From NCBI RefSeq assembly GCF_002571385.2, contig NW_019217792.1:1414066-1478065 (forward strand): 64,000 nucleotides of DNA, in the 5' to 3' direction. Shown piece by piece: positions 13,167 to 26,235 of the stretch (position 1 is the stretch's first letter; each line of letters opens with the position of its first letter). The notes under the pieces were generated by a model, which was not told where the DNA came from, ran no database searches, and saw only the letters and a list, made by a program, of their open reading frames with translations. Origin of the DNA: Stylophora pistillata (Eukaryota). Both the position numbers and the translations under genes were made by a program.

Positions 13167-13728
13167 CGCGAAAAAGCTGAACGTCGCTAGCAGATTTAAA
13201 CTTTTTAGAAGCATTGCCACAGTTAGCTTTAAATTTCTTCCTTTTCTTTTCTGCCGATATCTTAGCCCTCCGAATTTTCTTTTCATCTTCAGAGTCGGAA
13301 GCAAGCTCGTCCGACTCGTATTCCTGCCCAACCAGCCACCCGTCTTTGCTTCTATCTGCGAGCTTTATTAACTTCTGTCGTCTCTTTATGAGCTGTCGCC
13401 CTTCTGCCACCAGCTTGCGGATCTCTTGCGGTTCGTTCAGGCTGACCTCTATCTGACCAAAGATGTGGTCCAGTAGGGCATTTAACTCGAACTGCTTCCT
13501 ATTACCCTTGAATTTGAACTCGGCGGCTTCCTTAACGACTTTCGACTTTCCTTCGAGCTGCTTGCTTTGTTCGTCGAGTTGGGAGGACAGATAGGTTTTG
13601 AAAAGAGAGAACACTTGATCTACCAAAGGTGGATTTGATTGTTCTTGCTGTGATGAAGAGTTTTCCGTGACTTCGGGTGCCGGAGTGATAACGACTTCTG
13701 CTTCTGATCGAGCCGTCTTACTGTCCAT
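13167..13728 (-). mobile_element. gag-like ORF1 fragment of a DIRS/Ngaro-type tyrosine-recombinase retroelement
   Basis: MDSKT...FKFKGNRKQFELN...RRQKLIKLADRSKDGWLVGQEYESDELASDSEDEKKIRRA, a motif I associate with invertebrate YR-retroelement ORF1. Ends at a G|GTAAG donor-like site. Upstream sequence is in a gap; no RT or YR is visible. Confidence 0.55.
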
Positions 13729-15189
13729 TGCTACAACTTCGATGTCAGCGTGGAAAGCGAGAGTGAGAGGACTANNNNNNNNNNNNNNNNNNNNNNNNNN
13801 NNNNNNNNNNNNNNNNNNNNNNNNNNNNNNNNNNNNNNNNNNNNNNNNNNNNNNNNNNNNNNNNNNNNNNNNNNNNNNNNNNNNNNNNNNNNNNNNNNNN
13901 NNNNNNNNNNNNNNNNNNNNNNNNNNNNNNNNNNNNNNNNNNNNNNNNNNNNNNNNNNNNNNNNNNNNNNNNNNNNNNNNNNNNNNNNNNNNNNNNNNNN
14001 NNNNNNNNNNNNNNNNNNNNNNNNNNNNNNNNNNNNNNNNNNNNNNNNNNNNNNNNNNNNNNNNNNNNNNNNNNNNNNNNNNNNNNNNNNNNNNNNNNNN
14101 NNNNNNNNNNNNNNNNNNNNNNNNNNNNNNNNNNNNNNNNNNNNNNNNNNNNNNNNNNNNNNNNNNNNNNNNNNNNNNNNNNNNNNNNNNNNNNNNNNNN
14201 NNNNNNNNNNNNNNNNNNNNNNNNNNNNNNNNNNNNNNNNNNNNNNNNNNNNNNNNNNNNNNNNNNNGAAGTAAAGAAGTCATTCTTAATTCTTAATAAA
14301 ACGAAATCTTTTTGCAATATAATAAATCCTTTATTAGCCAAGCTTGTTGGGTCAAGATGGCTGGATGTTAGCCTCGTTATTTTTTTCGCATTTTTATGGA
14401 CCTCGACTTCGTCTCATCCATAAACTTGCGAAAAAAAAGAACTCGGCCAATATTCTCACGCTTGGTTAATAACGCATAAGTCCTGTTTCTAGGTGCAGAA
14501 GGGGATCCCGATATCGAACCAATGGGCCCGTGCAGTAGGTTTTCGAGTTTGGAGAGGAGGAAATGAAAGAAATTTTGTTTTTTTTTCCATTTAAATTGTA
14601 TATGTGTTATTAAGGGCACCTTATCAGGGAAACGTTTTTGATGTTATGTGCTTGTACTTTTAGATTTTAGAGAACAAATTTTCTCTTTGTTTGAGTCCTT
14701 GATAACCAAAAAACCTGTTTCAATGAAAAATACGACATTTTTCCGTATCGGACTCTCATTGAGGCTTATATCTTTAAAGTGAATGTTAAATTCAATTTCC
14801 AAATTTCCGTTGAAAGGAACTTTTAACGCAAGTTTTACACTTAATCAAGACGAAGCAAATGGTAAAAGTCATGAATTAAACATCTCTGGAAATGAAACTT
14901 GATTCAAACAAAAGTTAAACACGGAATGGAATGTGTACCTGAACCAAGTCAACTATTCTTGGCACCATATTTGAATACCGAATGATATTCTGTTCCATAA
15001 ATTTCAAAGCTTCCTTAGCATCCTATAAGCAAAGAAAAAAGCATGCTTTTCTTCATCCATTATGAGGATACATTTTAACCGAAGCGATTATTTTGAGTAA
15101 TTAGGATACATTCGCATTAAGTCAACTGAAAGATAAGTTAAAATAAAGTGGCTTCCTAGTTCGTATCCCGCTGTTTTCAAAATTTAACT

Positions 15190-15520
15190 CCTTGTCTACA
15201 AAGCTGGTCATGGACTGTGCCCTGGGTATGTCTCTGAACTATTACAGGAGAGAAAATCATCTCGTGTATTGTGCTCAAGCTCCTTAGGACTCCTAGCAAC
15301 ACCAACATCAAGAACAAAAACATATGGAGATAGAGCATTCTCAGTCTTTGGACCAAAACTATGGAATGGCCTAGCCGCGTCAGAAAGTCAGAAATGTCGG
15401 AACACTGCCTTTATTTAAAAAGAATCTAAAAACATGTTTATTTCCTATATTTATCGAAAGTTATTGAGTTCATTTTTAAATTAATTTTAATCAATTTCTT
15501 ATACTTATTGTAAAGCGCCA
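15190..15520 (+). mobile_element. Degenerate LINE (L2/CR1-group) 3' remnant
   Basis: Decayed RT C-terminal motif (TYGDRAFSVFGPKLWNGL) followed by TTGTAAAGCGCC. Confidence 0.55.
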
Positions 15521-16478
15521 TGTTAGCGTATTCATGGTTGCTAGGGAGTCACACAAGTTTGAGCCCCTGATCATTCAGGACCAAATTGAAATAACGCCAA
15601 TGCTCCAAGGAAAGGGTTAATCTAGAAATTAGGAGAAATTTGTGAAGCATGTATCATTAAAAGGTAAATTTAAGGAGGAAGAGTTTTCAGAGGTGATTGA
15701 AAACACGGTTAAAATTATATTTGTAAAAGATTAGTATTTGGCAGAAATAGATTTTTAAGAAATATTTATGAAATTTGGATTTTCTGGGAAGAATTAATTA
15801 AAGATGTCATACAAAATCCTTTCTCTGGTTTCGTCAGTTAACGATTTGTTTTGTCACCTATGCATGCGTGATTAGATCTGGCCTCATCTAGTTAAAGCCT
15901 GATTTTTCATCCCACAGAGCCAGATGCGCATTTACTATTAGGTGCATACAACTCCATTGGACAGTTAATATGTAAATTAATTAAAAAGTCGGGATGCATC
16001 GCTGATTTAAACTTTAAATGTTTTCATGAATATCGCAAACATCATTTGACTGAATTAACTTGCACTAGCTGCATTATGAATGTGTATTTAGAATGAATAT
16101 GTAGAATTAACTATTTCCGACTTCTGCTGTAAAAATTCTTCACCCGTAAAGTAAGGCTAGGTGAAAACTTAGGTAATTTTCTTATCGCAGTTATACCCAT
16201 GAGCTCGCTCTATATCAGTTAGGGTCTTAGACCGTCTCGGAAATGGGTGGCTTAGGCATAAATGCAGCATCATTTCTAACTAACAAACACTCAGCTCTTG
16301 ATGTTTGGTTGACTGAGCCGAAACGAGATAATCACAATACTTATAGAGAGACACCTGTGACTGATACAATTGCTACTCGCTATGTACAGTTATCTCGAGA
16401 CACGAAACTCTTTAACATCCTTTAAGGCTGTCTTCTCATCCACTGAGATTGACATTGTAGATCGTTTGAACTCTTTCC

Positions 16479-16716
16479 TGGGGCCCGTTTCTCGAAATGC
16501 CCTGTAATTACTGAAACGCGGCCCAAAGCCATGTTTTAAAATCAAAATTTAAAGGATAGGAAACAGGTTCTACCGCCCAGACTAGTCCTTTTTCTTTGTT
16601 TAGCTGATAGTTTTATTGTATCATTTTCTAAACTTTTGAAATCCCCATCTTAAATGAAAACAGAACAGCTTTACGGGCCCGTTAAGTTACCGGGACTTTC
16701 GAGAAACGGACTCCTG
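16479..16716. mobile_element. MITE with GGGGCCCGTTTCTCGAAA terminal inverted repeats
   Basis: GGGGCCCGTTTCTCGAAA ... TTTCGAGAAACGGACTCC. Absent from the paralogous region near 1700-1720. Confidence 0.65.
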
Positions 16717-16755
16717 ATCTCCAAGTAAGCTTCGAGAATTCTGGCGTTATTGTTC

Positions 16756-17424
16756 GAGAGTCTCAATAGGGAGGGTCGCGTTGACGATTGACAGTTCAAA
16801 ACAAGCCCTTTTGACGGTTGACGGTGAAATTTTAGGTCATTTGACGGTTGACTGTTAGCTTTTGGAATATCGTTTATAAAACGAACTAAACGCGCGAATT
16901 TCGCAGTAATTTTTCATAATGACGCGTTTGTAAAGCACTGTTAATTTTTAACGGCTGAAAGTTTCTAAAGAAACTTCTGACGAAGGGCTAACGCTCGAAA
17001 GGTCAGGTTTTTTTATTCGTTACGGTGACCAATTTACAATTTCAACTTAGTGGATATAATCAAACTACCTTGTTAATTTGTAACACCTTTTATTAATAAG
17101 TTACTAACTTTCTACGACACCGCAAGTGTTTCCACACCGGAAGTCAGTTCTGTCGCTAACCAGTTATAATCGCCCGCGACAAGACGTTAAAAGGACTTAT
17201 ATAAATGTATATTTGTGATATATCAAAACTTTCATTTATAAACAACAGAACTTGACCCCGATTAAGGCAATCTTTTAGTTCTTAATTAAGGATGTCTGAG
17301 ACGTTTGACGGCTAGCATTGGCCTGCTTATTTGACGGTTGGCGGTAAAGATATTGCGTTTTTGACGGTTGACGGCTAATATTTTTGCCATTTGACGGTTG
17401 ACGGTTAGCCCCATTGAGACCCTC
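16756..17424. mobile_element. Non-autonomous DNA element (GAG...CTC ends, TTGACGG internal repeats)
   Basis: GAGAGTCTCAAT ... ATTGAGACCCTC ends. Absent at the paralogous site ~1745. A related element lies at ~31306-31483. Confidence 0.65.
16971..17010 (+). ncRNA. Minimal hammerhead ribozyme motif (Penelope-type), degenerate stem III
   Basis: AAACTT-CTGACGA-A-GGGC TAAC GCTC-GAAA-G-GTC-AGGTTT. Stem I (with a G.U pair) and stem II pair. GAAAG replaces the usual GAAAC. Confidence 0.65.
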
Positions 17425-17616
17425 TTGTTATTATTATCAAAATCACTCACTAAGCTTCCAGGGCCCTAAAATGAGTTATGGATCCCATATACAAGCTGAA
17501 GTATTTTTAAGTACTAGTAGCACTTCATTTAATCAGGCGATATCGAATCATTTTCGGTTCCCGAGTCCCGTTTCTCAGAACTTCCGGGAATAAGTTAGCT
17601 TAGGAACTGTTCTTTG

Positions 17617-18347
17617 AGATACAATGAAATATATGAAGTTCATATATTTTGAACTGCGGTATTAGATACAAATGATGTACGATCCTCGCAGTAGATAGCG
17701 CTATTTAAGCAATATCAAAATCAGACCTGAAAAAAGTCAGGCCTGTACGGGATTCGAACCACTGACCTCTGCGATACTAGTGCAGCGCTCTACCAATTGA
17801 GCTAACAAGCCAACTGGGAGCAGGCCGTTAAGTTGATTCGTAATAAACCCGTGAAAGGGATAAATNAGATACATTGAAATATATGAAGTTCATATATTTT
17901 GAACTGCGGTATTAGATACATATGATGTACGATCCTCGCAGTAGATAGCGCTATTTAAGCAATACCGAAAATCAGACCTGAAAAAAATCAGGCCTGTACG
18001 GGATTCGAACCACTGACCTCTGCAATACTAGTGCAGTAATCGTTAAGTTGATTCGTAATAAACCCGTGAAAGCGATAAATCAGATACAATGAAATATATG
18101 AAGTTCATATATTGTAATAAACCCGTGAAAGCGATAAATGAGATACAATGAAATAATGAAGTTCACATATATTTTGAACTGCGGTATTAGATACATATGA
18201 TGTACGATCCTCGCAGTAGATAGCGCTATTTAAGCGCTATCTACAGCGAAGTAGATAGCGAGACTGCGAGGTATCCTGATTTTTTTCAGGTCTGATTTTC
18301 GCTATTGCTTAAATAGCGCTATCTACTGCGAGGATCGTACATCATAT
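17617..18347 (-). mobile_element. tRNA-Thr(AGT)-derived ~250-bp repeat concatemer with terminal inversion and 14-bp TSD
   Basis: Two to three partly rearranged units plus an inverted segment at ~18275-18347. TSD GGAACTGTTCTTTG at 17603-17616 and 18348-18361. Paralogous empty site at ~1932-1975. Confidence 0.85.
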
Positions 18348-18852
18348 GGAACTGTTCTTTGTTTGTCATGTTTACGTTCCAAGATCGAGGTATTTTCAAA
18401 CATTTCTCCAAGCAATAAGGTTAAAACAGAAAAAAAAAAAAATGGGATGGACTTTCAGTTATTTGTTATAAAATATGGCATCTAGCCTACAAAGTAAATG
18501 GAACTTCCAAAAAGTAGGCTCCAGGCCTGTAAGGTAACATGTTACCTCTGCAGGATTTAACAGAGCAGAACGTAAATTCTCGGAAACATCTGAGCTCCCA
18601 GTATCTATGCATCAGCAAGTTCCGTAGTTTCGGCAGAGAATTACCGCGGGAACTATTTCCCTAACTTCATTGAGAGCTTTTAGTATTTTAGGAGCATCTT
18701 TTCCCAATTTTATTTTCACGTACTGAAGGAACTAGGCAGCTGAGGTGAACTTAGTATACACACACTGTATACACTGGGTCACTGGTAAGATACTGATAGT
18801 TGGCGAGATAAAGTTTTCTGTTTCACAAGGCTTCAGTGAAAATCTGTTCAAG

Positions 18853-21800
18853 ATGGCAAGTTTTGTTACCCAGGACATAGAGGGCGAGTGACCAGACGAG
18901 AGTTCAAGTGTTGAAATAACTGGTAAGTTTCTTAAAATACAAACAGAAATGTTATAGAAATAAGTTCACGCCAGCTTCGCCACGATCGCTGACATTCGTC
19001 TCATTTATCATGAGTTACCGCTGACTCTCTTCTACATGACCGTCCATGACAACAGGAATCGCATCGAGCTTTCATTTACCATCTAAGCTTTAGCTAGCTA
19101 GTAACCATTGATCAAATTTGAAAACTGAAAAGTGAGAGGCAAGTTGTGGTACCGATAACTGAAAATGATGATATTATTAAGTCAGGATTCAGTTTCTTCA
19201 ATGCTAAGTGAAGGGGAAAAGCAAAATATGGAAATTATTGACTCTGAAACGTAAGTTGCGAGGACCTCTCAAAAAACTAACTTTCTGATTTCGACAAAAA
19301 ACTCAAATTTGTCTGTGTAACAAGTTGTGTAGGAAAATATTACTAATTTTCAAGCCCACGTCTAAGCTTTCACAGTATGTGTGGACCCCAGAAGAGCTTT
19401 ATCGGTATCTACATATAAAAAAGACCCCAAAATTCAAGTTTCCATTGGCTACAAAGCTAAATCATGCGCTCATTTGTCGTCTATTTGTTTTTTTGTACCC
19501 AATACAATCTGGTTTTTTACACTGTAGTTAAGTACACAATCTCAGTCTGACCAATTCTCTTCTGATATAACAGCTCAAGACGATCAAGGAAAAGAAAAAG
19601 TAAAGCACTGTTTCTCAGAGCCGTGGGAAGACAGTGACGTAATTCTTAGTGTGGAAGATGAAAAGTTCCATGCCCATCGTTTGATATTGAGTATGAACTC
19701 ACCGGTGTTCAAGGCCATGTTTAAATGTGAATTCAAAGAGGCGAATTCCAAAGAGATTCCTCTGCCAGGAAAAAATGCTGGTGGTGTACTGGACTTCTTG
19801 AAGATAATTTATGGCTTCCAGTACATCAAAGAACACATTGAAATCACGCGTGAGTGTTAAGGGTCTTAAGTCGTGTTTGACTGAAAATTTTCTTTCTGTC
19901 ATGGCTGCCGGATGCGTCCTTTTTTGTGATGTTTTTTAATGAACTTCCGAGTCAAAGGAGAATTGTCTTTAGATTAGATGAAGTCTTGAAAGGATATTTC
20001 CTAAAAGGTTAGATAAACACTTCAGAGAATAAACCGAAAAGGAATGTAGGGTGGAATCGATACGGATTAAAAGTGGCAAATGTGATTTTTCACGACCATG
20101 ACTGTAACTTGCACGAGCTCCCGTATATACGGACTTGGATACTTTAATTCATTATGCATTCAAAATCCTTAGTGATCTTGAATACCACATCAATGATGAC
20201 TTGGAAACAGTGTCAGAATGGTTCTTAAAAAATCTGTCAACTCTAACTTGTCGATATGTAATTTTGTCACCTTTGGAAGTCCACAAAAACTAAAACGTAT
20301 ACCTGACAATTCCATTCAAGCCTATTCCCTGATTTATCTTCGTGCTATCAGCATGAAGATAAATCTAAGAATAGGACTTATTAGGAGAGTGAGAAACCTG
20401 CTGCCATTACAAGCCATAGTTACCTTGTAAGATACCCTTATCCTTCTTCTTTTTGATCACGAAGACATTAATATTGTTTGGGTAAACTGGATAAAAATGA
20501 TATTAACCTAATGTCAATATAACAAGTCCTACAAAACAAAGCTGTTAAAGTTCCATGGGGCTACTCACTCCGATGATCACCAACCGAACGGCAACAAGGA
20601 CCGTAGACCTCAAGCCCCTCTCTATGAGACGACTTTTCCACTGCTTTATTTCAATCCACAAATGTCTATTTGGAGCCGAAACTGATTTGAACTTTAATTT
20701 TATCGGAAAATAAGCTGTTCATTACTTAAACACAAGAAGCTCCGACGAGTTTACTTCTAGCTAGAATTAACTGGGATAAACAAACTTTTGCCTACCAAGC
20801 TGCCAAAGACTGGAATAGCCTTGCCATTATTTTAAAAGGGACATTTCTTATTTGTTCCCAGATCAAAACTTAAAACTCTTTGCACGATTTTAATTAATTT
20901 GAAGTTTTCCTCCTTTGATATTCAATACATTTCCATATTTTAAGATTTTGACTTTTACAGATATTAGGTACGTATGTTACTTTTTATTCATATTTTTATC
21001 ACATAACTAACCAGGAAATCAGTTAATTAATGATAGATGGCCTTGCTGAAAACTGCATTTGCGAGTTAGGTTTCCTCATTTAATATTATTGTTGTAAGTT
21101 ATTATGATTACTATCATTATTATTGTTATTAGTGTGAGGTAAACACTACTCGGCTTAATAACGGCTTTTTTCCATCTAGCGGTCACCGTTTCATTGATTG
21201 ATACCTAAAACACATATTACCTGGTGTGCTTGGTGTTTTTCGATTGTGCTTTTCATCTGTTATGTACTTAGGACGGGAGATTCAAGGTTGAATCAGAATT
21301 CTGATTTGGGATACTCAACAAGACTAACCTTTCTTCTCCTATTTTAGCTGCGAACGTTATTGAACAACTTCTACTGTTGAGTGACGAGTACCAAGTTGTA
21401 GAACACATTTTCAAACCATGCGTGAAGTTCCTTGAGGACCAGCCGAAAAACAAAGACAGTGTTATGAAGATTCTGGCGCTGGCAGAATTTAATGATTTGG
21501 AGAAAGTACGCCAAGGCTGCAACGATTTGCTGAAAGATATGAAACTCGAGATCCTTTCGGAAACTGTTCATTTTGAAGAGCTTGAAAAGGAGAAACTGCG
21601 GCATTTTCTGACCCAAAGGATTGAACGGTTGGAGTCAGTGCTCGATATGGTGTATCCGCTGTTCATGGGCCTTGTTGTTGTTTTCTTTTGGCTTATAAAT
21701 AGCCAAACTGACTACTTCGCCAGCTTGAAAAGATTGTTGAGGAGACGTTGTTCCAAACATATCTCTTTCCTTGCTGGTGAGCTTGAACCGTCAAAAGATA

Positions 21801-21967
21801 GCGCTAAGTTTTTGGAAATCAGCACTTGCTCTCATTGCCGTACAGTTCTAGATAATTTTGTCGAGACTGTAGCTAGAAACCGCTGCATACAAGTTGAAAG
21901 GCAACTTGATAAAAATTTGTTCTCTGTTATGGCGGATTTCGCCAAATTGAAAGGTTATTTTATGTGA
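18853..21967 (+). pseudogene. BTB protein copy 3 (in-frame TGA at codon 13; exons 2-3 open)
   Basis: Exons 18853-18922 (MASFVTQDIEGE*PDESSSVEIT; TGA at 18889-18891), 19574-19849 and 21348-21967. Total 966 nt with canonical splice sites. Motif CSKH...CSHC present. Confidence 0.8.
20130..20890 (+). mobile_element. Decayed LINE RT remnant in intron 2 of copy 3
   Basis: Fragments such as INDDLETVSEW, KINLRIGLIRRVRNLLP and QTFAYQAAKDWNSL, with stops and frameshifts. Confidence 0.6.
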
Positions 21968-22959
21968 TCCACATTGAAATTATGATTTTTAAAATTGTTC
22001 TCATTTAAAGGAATTTACTTTTAAGAATATTCTTTATATCTATGGGCAGGTAGGGTTATTTTTTTGTTTCCCAAATTCTAGACAGTGGTACAGTACATCT
22101 TTTTAATTTTCAGTTTTTACTTATCTGATGTACCCAGAGACAAACGCAATTATATTCTACTTCAACAGGTAGTTAGAAATGCATGATAATTCGACGCATA
22201 CATTTTGCTTTTGCAGTAATTTTCTATCATTTGTTAAAGATTTTCGTAGGGACAAAATATGGTCGGAAATCACTGGAAAAAAGTGACACGCGAAGCGAAG
22301 CCGAGTGCCCATGTCACTGGTGTTCTTACCGCATTTTGACGTCATACGTCTATTACTGAACAGACGTACAGGGAAGTTATTTGTTTTATACAATGCAGTA
22401 AGCATCAAATAATGCGTGTATCTTTCAGCCTATTACATATAGTATATTGCTTACGTTATACACCAAAATGTTCAAATGTCTGTATGTGCTAATTCAAGGA
22501 CGACATCTAAGAATAGAGGTATTAGCCACAGAGATGGTTTGTTTTGGTTATGTTTTGTAAGCTCATATAACTCATCAAATCCTGAGTTTTCGGCACCGGT
22601 TTTTTTGGCATGAGGTGACGAGGAGTAATGCTATTCCTGCAGAAGTTCGATAAGTTTCCTGCATGGACACTTTGCCACGCCTAACTAAAATCCTGAGAGG
22701 AAAAGGGAGTATAACAGGACAAAACCCGGCCTGAGTTCGAACTCAAAACTTTCGATCCAGGGTGTAGCGCCCCAGTGAGTCTCATACAAAGTTTAACTCA
22801 GCGTGTAATGTAGGCGTCTCATTAGGGCGAGTTGGCGTTGATAAGCTCACGATCGTTAATTCAACCGGCCGTGTTTGATTTGGAGCTAGAGTAGACCGTG
22901 GGAGGAGGGGGTGGGGAAGGGCGACACCCCCTCCCCACTCCCTCTATTTGACAGTCACT

Positions 22960-23043
22960 CAATCTCGTTCCCATGGCCTCTTTCCTTAGCTGGGGGTGGG
23001 GCGGGAAAAGGCTATGAGGGAAAAGCCCCTGGGATCGAGGTTG
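22960..23043. mobile_element. Short MITE (CAATCTCGTTCCCA...TGGGATCGAGGTTG), 9-bp TSD
   Basis: TSD ACAGTCACT (22951-22959) / ACCGTCACT (23044-23052). Confidence 0.7.
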
Positions 23044-24248
23044 ACCGTCACTCACCCCTTGGTACAAATTTACCTCTCTCCCCAGCCTTCCGTTGATGTA
23101 ATAATCAAAGATGACAGCTATAATTTTCGTCTAAATAATACTGAGCACTCGCTCGCCAAAATTACGCCTGCTCTGCAGACTTAGTTTTTCTCGGTTGTGC
23201 TCTGTGCGGGTTTTTCACAGCTGGGTTGAGATAATCCAAGGTTACTGTTAAATCTGATTTTAGATTCGAAAATTTTGTCGAAACAGAATAGAACACATTA
23301 TTCCAATAGGGCTTTTTAAACGAATGAAGAAAGAAACCTGAATAAAATCTAGCCTTGGGTTGATTCTAAGCGGCCGTTGAACAACTGGACCCTGATCATA
23401 GAGAAAGTCAGAAAAGGAAGTATTGCTAAAGAAAAATTGCGACAAAAGGCATTTCGATGGGTCTTGAATTCATTTTGAACCAGCGGTCTTACGAAGGTCA
23501 CCGTGAGTGACTGTGGTCTTTCGATTTCTCATTCGGATACTCTCCTATTTAATTGTTGCAAACGTCTTCTTGAGACCATAATACATAGGCAATTTGGAAA
23601 TTATCCTTGCAGTATGAAGGTTGTTTGAAAGGGTAAACATTCTTTGTTCCCAAAACTCTAATGGTACGTGTACCAGTGCAAGCAGACGTTACCCGATCAG
23701 TTAAACAATCAATGAAATAACCAATCGAAAAACCAAAAGAAAAAAAACAAAAAAGAACAGAAAAACCAAGAAAATACCATAACACCGCTGATAGGCCCGA
23801 ATTTGCACAGATTCCTTCTTCTTAAATGACCGGACTTCGATTCAATCGTGGTCCGGCGACCTAGGAAGATTAACTCGTCACTTGCTGTCTCATATTTGTG
23901 AAAAGTTTTTACAGCAAGATATGCCATATCTTCAAAATTGACATTCAAAATTCTCTTAGTTTAACTAGTGCCCAGTCCATAGCAGTCTCTCACCTTAGGA
24001 CACCTCTGCCAAAGTCAGCACAGCAGAAAGCTTAACAGTGATATTGTTCATGCCACGAAATCGCTTCGGTAACAGTTTTAATTTTCCGGAATTCCCTAGC
24101 TCTCCTGTTGATTCAAATATCTTTTGATCTCTTTCAATTGTATCCGAAGCATATAACCTGATGTTATACTGCAGGTGAAAAAAACTGTCCTAGTTCAAGG
24201 GTACTTCGAGTATTGCTTAATGTGCTTGAGGAGCGACTTTTATTTGCG

Positions 24249-26235
24249 ATGGCAGAAAACATTCGTGGCGAGAAATCAACTGTTACGGAAGGTAAGCTTC
24301 CAGCTTCGCTTTCCATCTTTACTCTGAGGTCAGCAAATGTAAATTGCCTTCTCAAGCATTGACCTACTCATAACAATCGCTTATTTACAAGATAAAGTAT
24401 TTATAAAATTCAAAGTTGGGTAACAACGTATGAAATCTTACTAAAACATACCTCATTAGTCGATAATCTATCGTGTTAATTGTATAGTAATTATAATCTC
24501 AATAACTTATCAACAAGAATACTGGCCTGCGTTTCAGTTAGCAACATAATTTTCTGTCCCTCGAATTACATCAGAATGAAAGCTTATCTCGCCGAATCCC
24601 GATAAATATAACGGAATTATTTACGAGAGTCAAGAAGTGTTTGGTTGATTAGACTTGATGATGCATAAAAAGCGCTTTGAATGTTTATTTACGAAATGTT
24701 AACTTATGTAATAGAGAAGAAGTCTTATCATGTCAACAAGGACTAATGCAAAGGTTTCAGACGATAGACACTTTTTCTTGATCGGACGGTGTTATTGACA
24801 GGTAGTGAGCCAAGCAAAGAAAGAGAAAAGCATCGTTTCTCTGAGCCGTGGGAAGACAGCGATTTAATTCTTGAGGTGGAAGATGAAAAGTTTCATGTCC
24901 ATCGTGTGATACTGAGTATGAATTCATCAGTGTTCAAGGCCATGTTCAAATCTGACAGCAGAAAATCAATTCCACTGCCTGAGAAAAAAGCAAGCGAGGT
25001 ATTGGACTTCATAAAGCAACTTTACGTCCAGGAGCGACCCGAAATAACGAGTGAGTATTAGCAACGAATGATCTTTGCCGATGCTTATTTCCGAATATCA
25101 TGATTACATCAAGTATTAGAGGCTTCGTTTCAGGGTAGTGTGTGGATCACTGGCGTCGACTGCATATCTAGCTAATCGCAGAAGGAAGCCACAAAACAGA
25201 AATGTTTGATGGAGTAGAAACACATGTAACAAGAAATCATGTCTATAATTATATTCACACACACACCTCGAGCGATTCCTTGGCATTGAAATTTCATTTT
25301 TTTTTAATTTATTAAAATTATTCACCACTTTACTCGCAACCAAAAGAAATTAATGTTTAATACTGGAAGATTTCAAATACAATGGCCGAAGCTTTCTCAA
25401 TTATGGGACACGTGTATTAGTTATAAAGAAAAGAAGAATAAAGTGAGTCTCGACTGAGCCGGGCTAGCCTGACGGTTGCCCAAGCTTAACTCGCGTGGTT
25501 TCGAAGTTCGATGGGTTTTGCTCCCTTTCCCTGGCCATGGAAGTTAGAAAATTCTTAGCCAAATAAATTCAGGTAGCATTCCAGCATTTGTTTTCCTGGG
25601 TGAAGGGCAGCATTGTGAGGATAAAGTTGATTTCCCCGAAGTATAACCTTGGCTTTCCCCAACTAGAGTGTGACTGAAACTGGACACTGAGCGGCTTTTT
25701 TTTTTTATTTTCATCAGTGGAAAACGTGGACCACCTTCTCAAGTTAAGTGACGAATATCAGGTAAAAGCTATCTTCGACCTTTGCGCAAAGTTCCTGGAG
25801 GCACAGCCTAAAACAAAGGAAAATGTTCTTTCGATTCTTAAGCTTGCAAGTACGTATAATTTGCAAAGAGTAAAAGGGAGCTGTTACCGCCTAGTTGAAG
25901 GTATGGAATTGGGTACCTTTTGGATAATGGGCTTGGAACTTGACAAAGAAGACAAGAATGGTTTCTTGTGTACGAGAAGTTTTGAGCTGGAAGCGTTTCT
26001 ATATGATCTGTACCCTCAATTTATGGGTTTAGTGGAGTATTGTTTGTGGTTGTGCTACGAGGGGAAAAGGTACATGAGGTGGTGTCCAATGCATTTCAAC
26101 AACGGATATTCCTCTGGCGTTCCTATAGATAAGCGTATCACAGAATGCACGCTTTGCAAGGAGATGTTGATTACTTTAACCACCGAAATGGAGCGTTTTA
26201 AGAAGCCTTACAGGCCAGCCCTTTGTCAGATTTAA
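24249..26235 (+). CDS. BTB/POZ + BACK-like + Cx2H-Cx2C protein, copy 4 (269 aa, open frame)
   Basis: Exons 24249-24291 (MAENIRGEKSTVTE, GTAAGC), 24802-25050 and 25718-26235; total 810 nt. Motif WCPMHF...CTLC present. The stop codon lies inside a ~25-bp tandem duplication. Confidence 0.85.

Noticed and set aside
18889-18891. Selenocysteine codon
   Set aside because: It lies in a non-conserved N-terminal region, paralogs have no Cys or Sec there, and I could not identify a SECIS.
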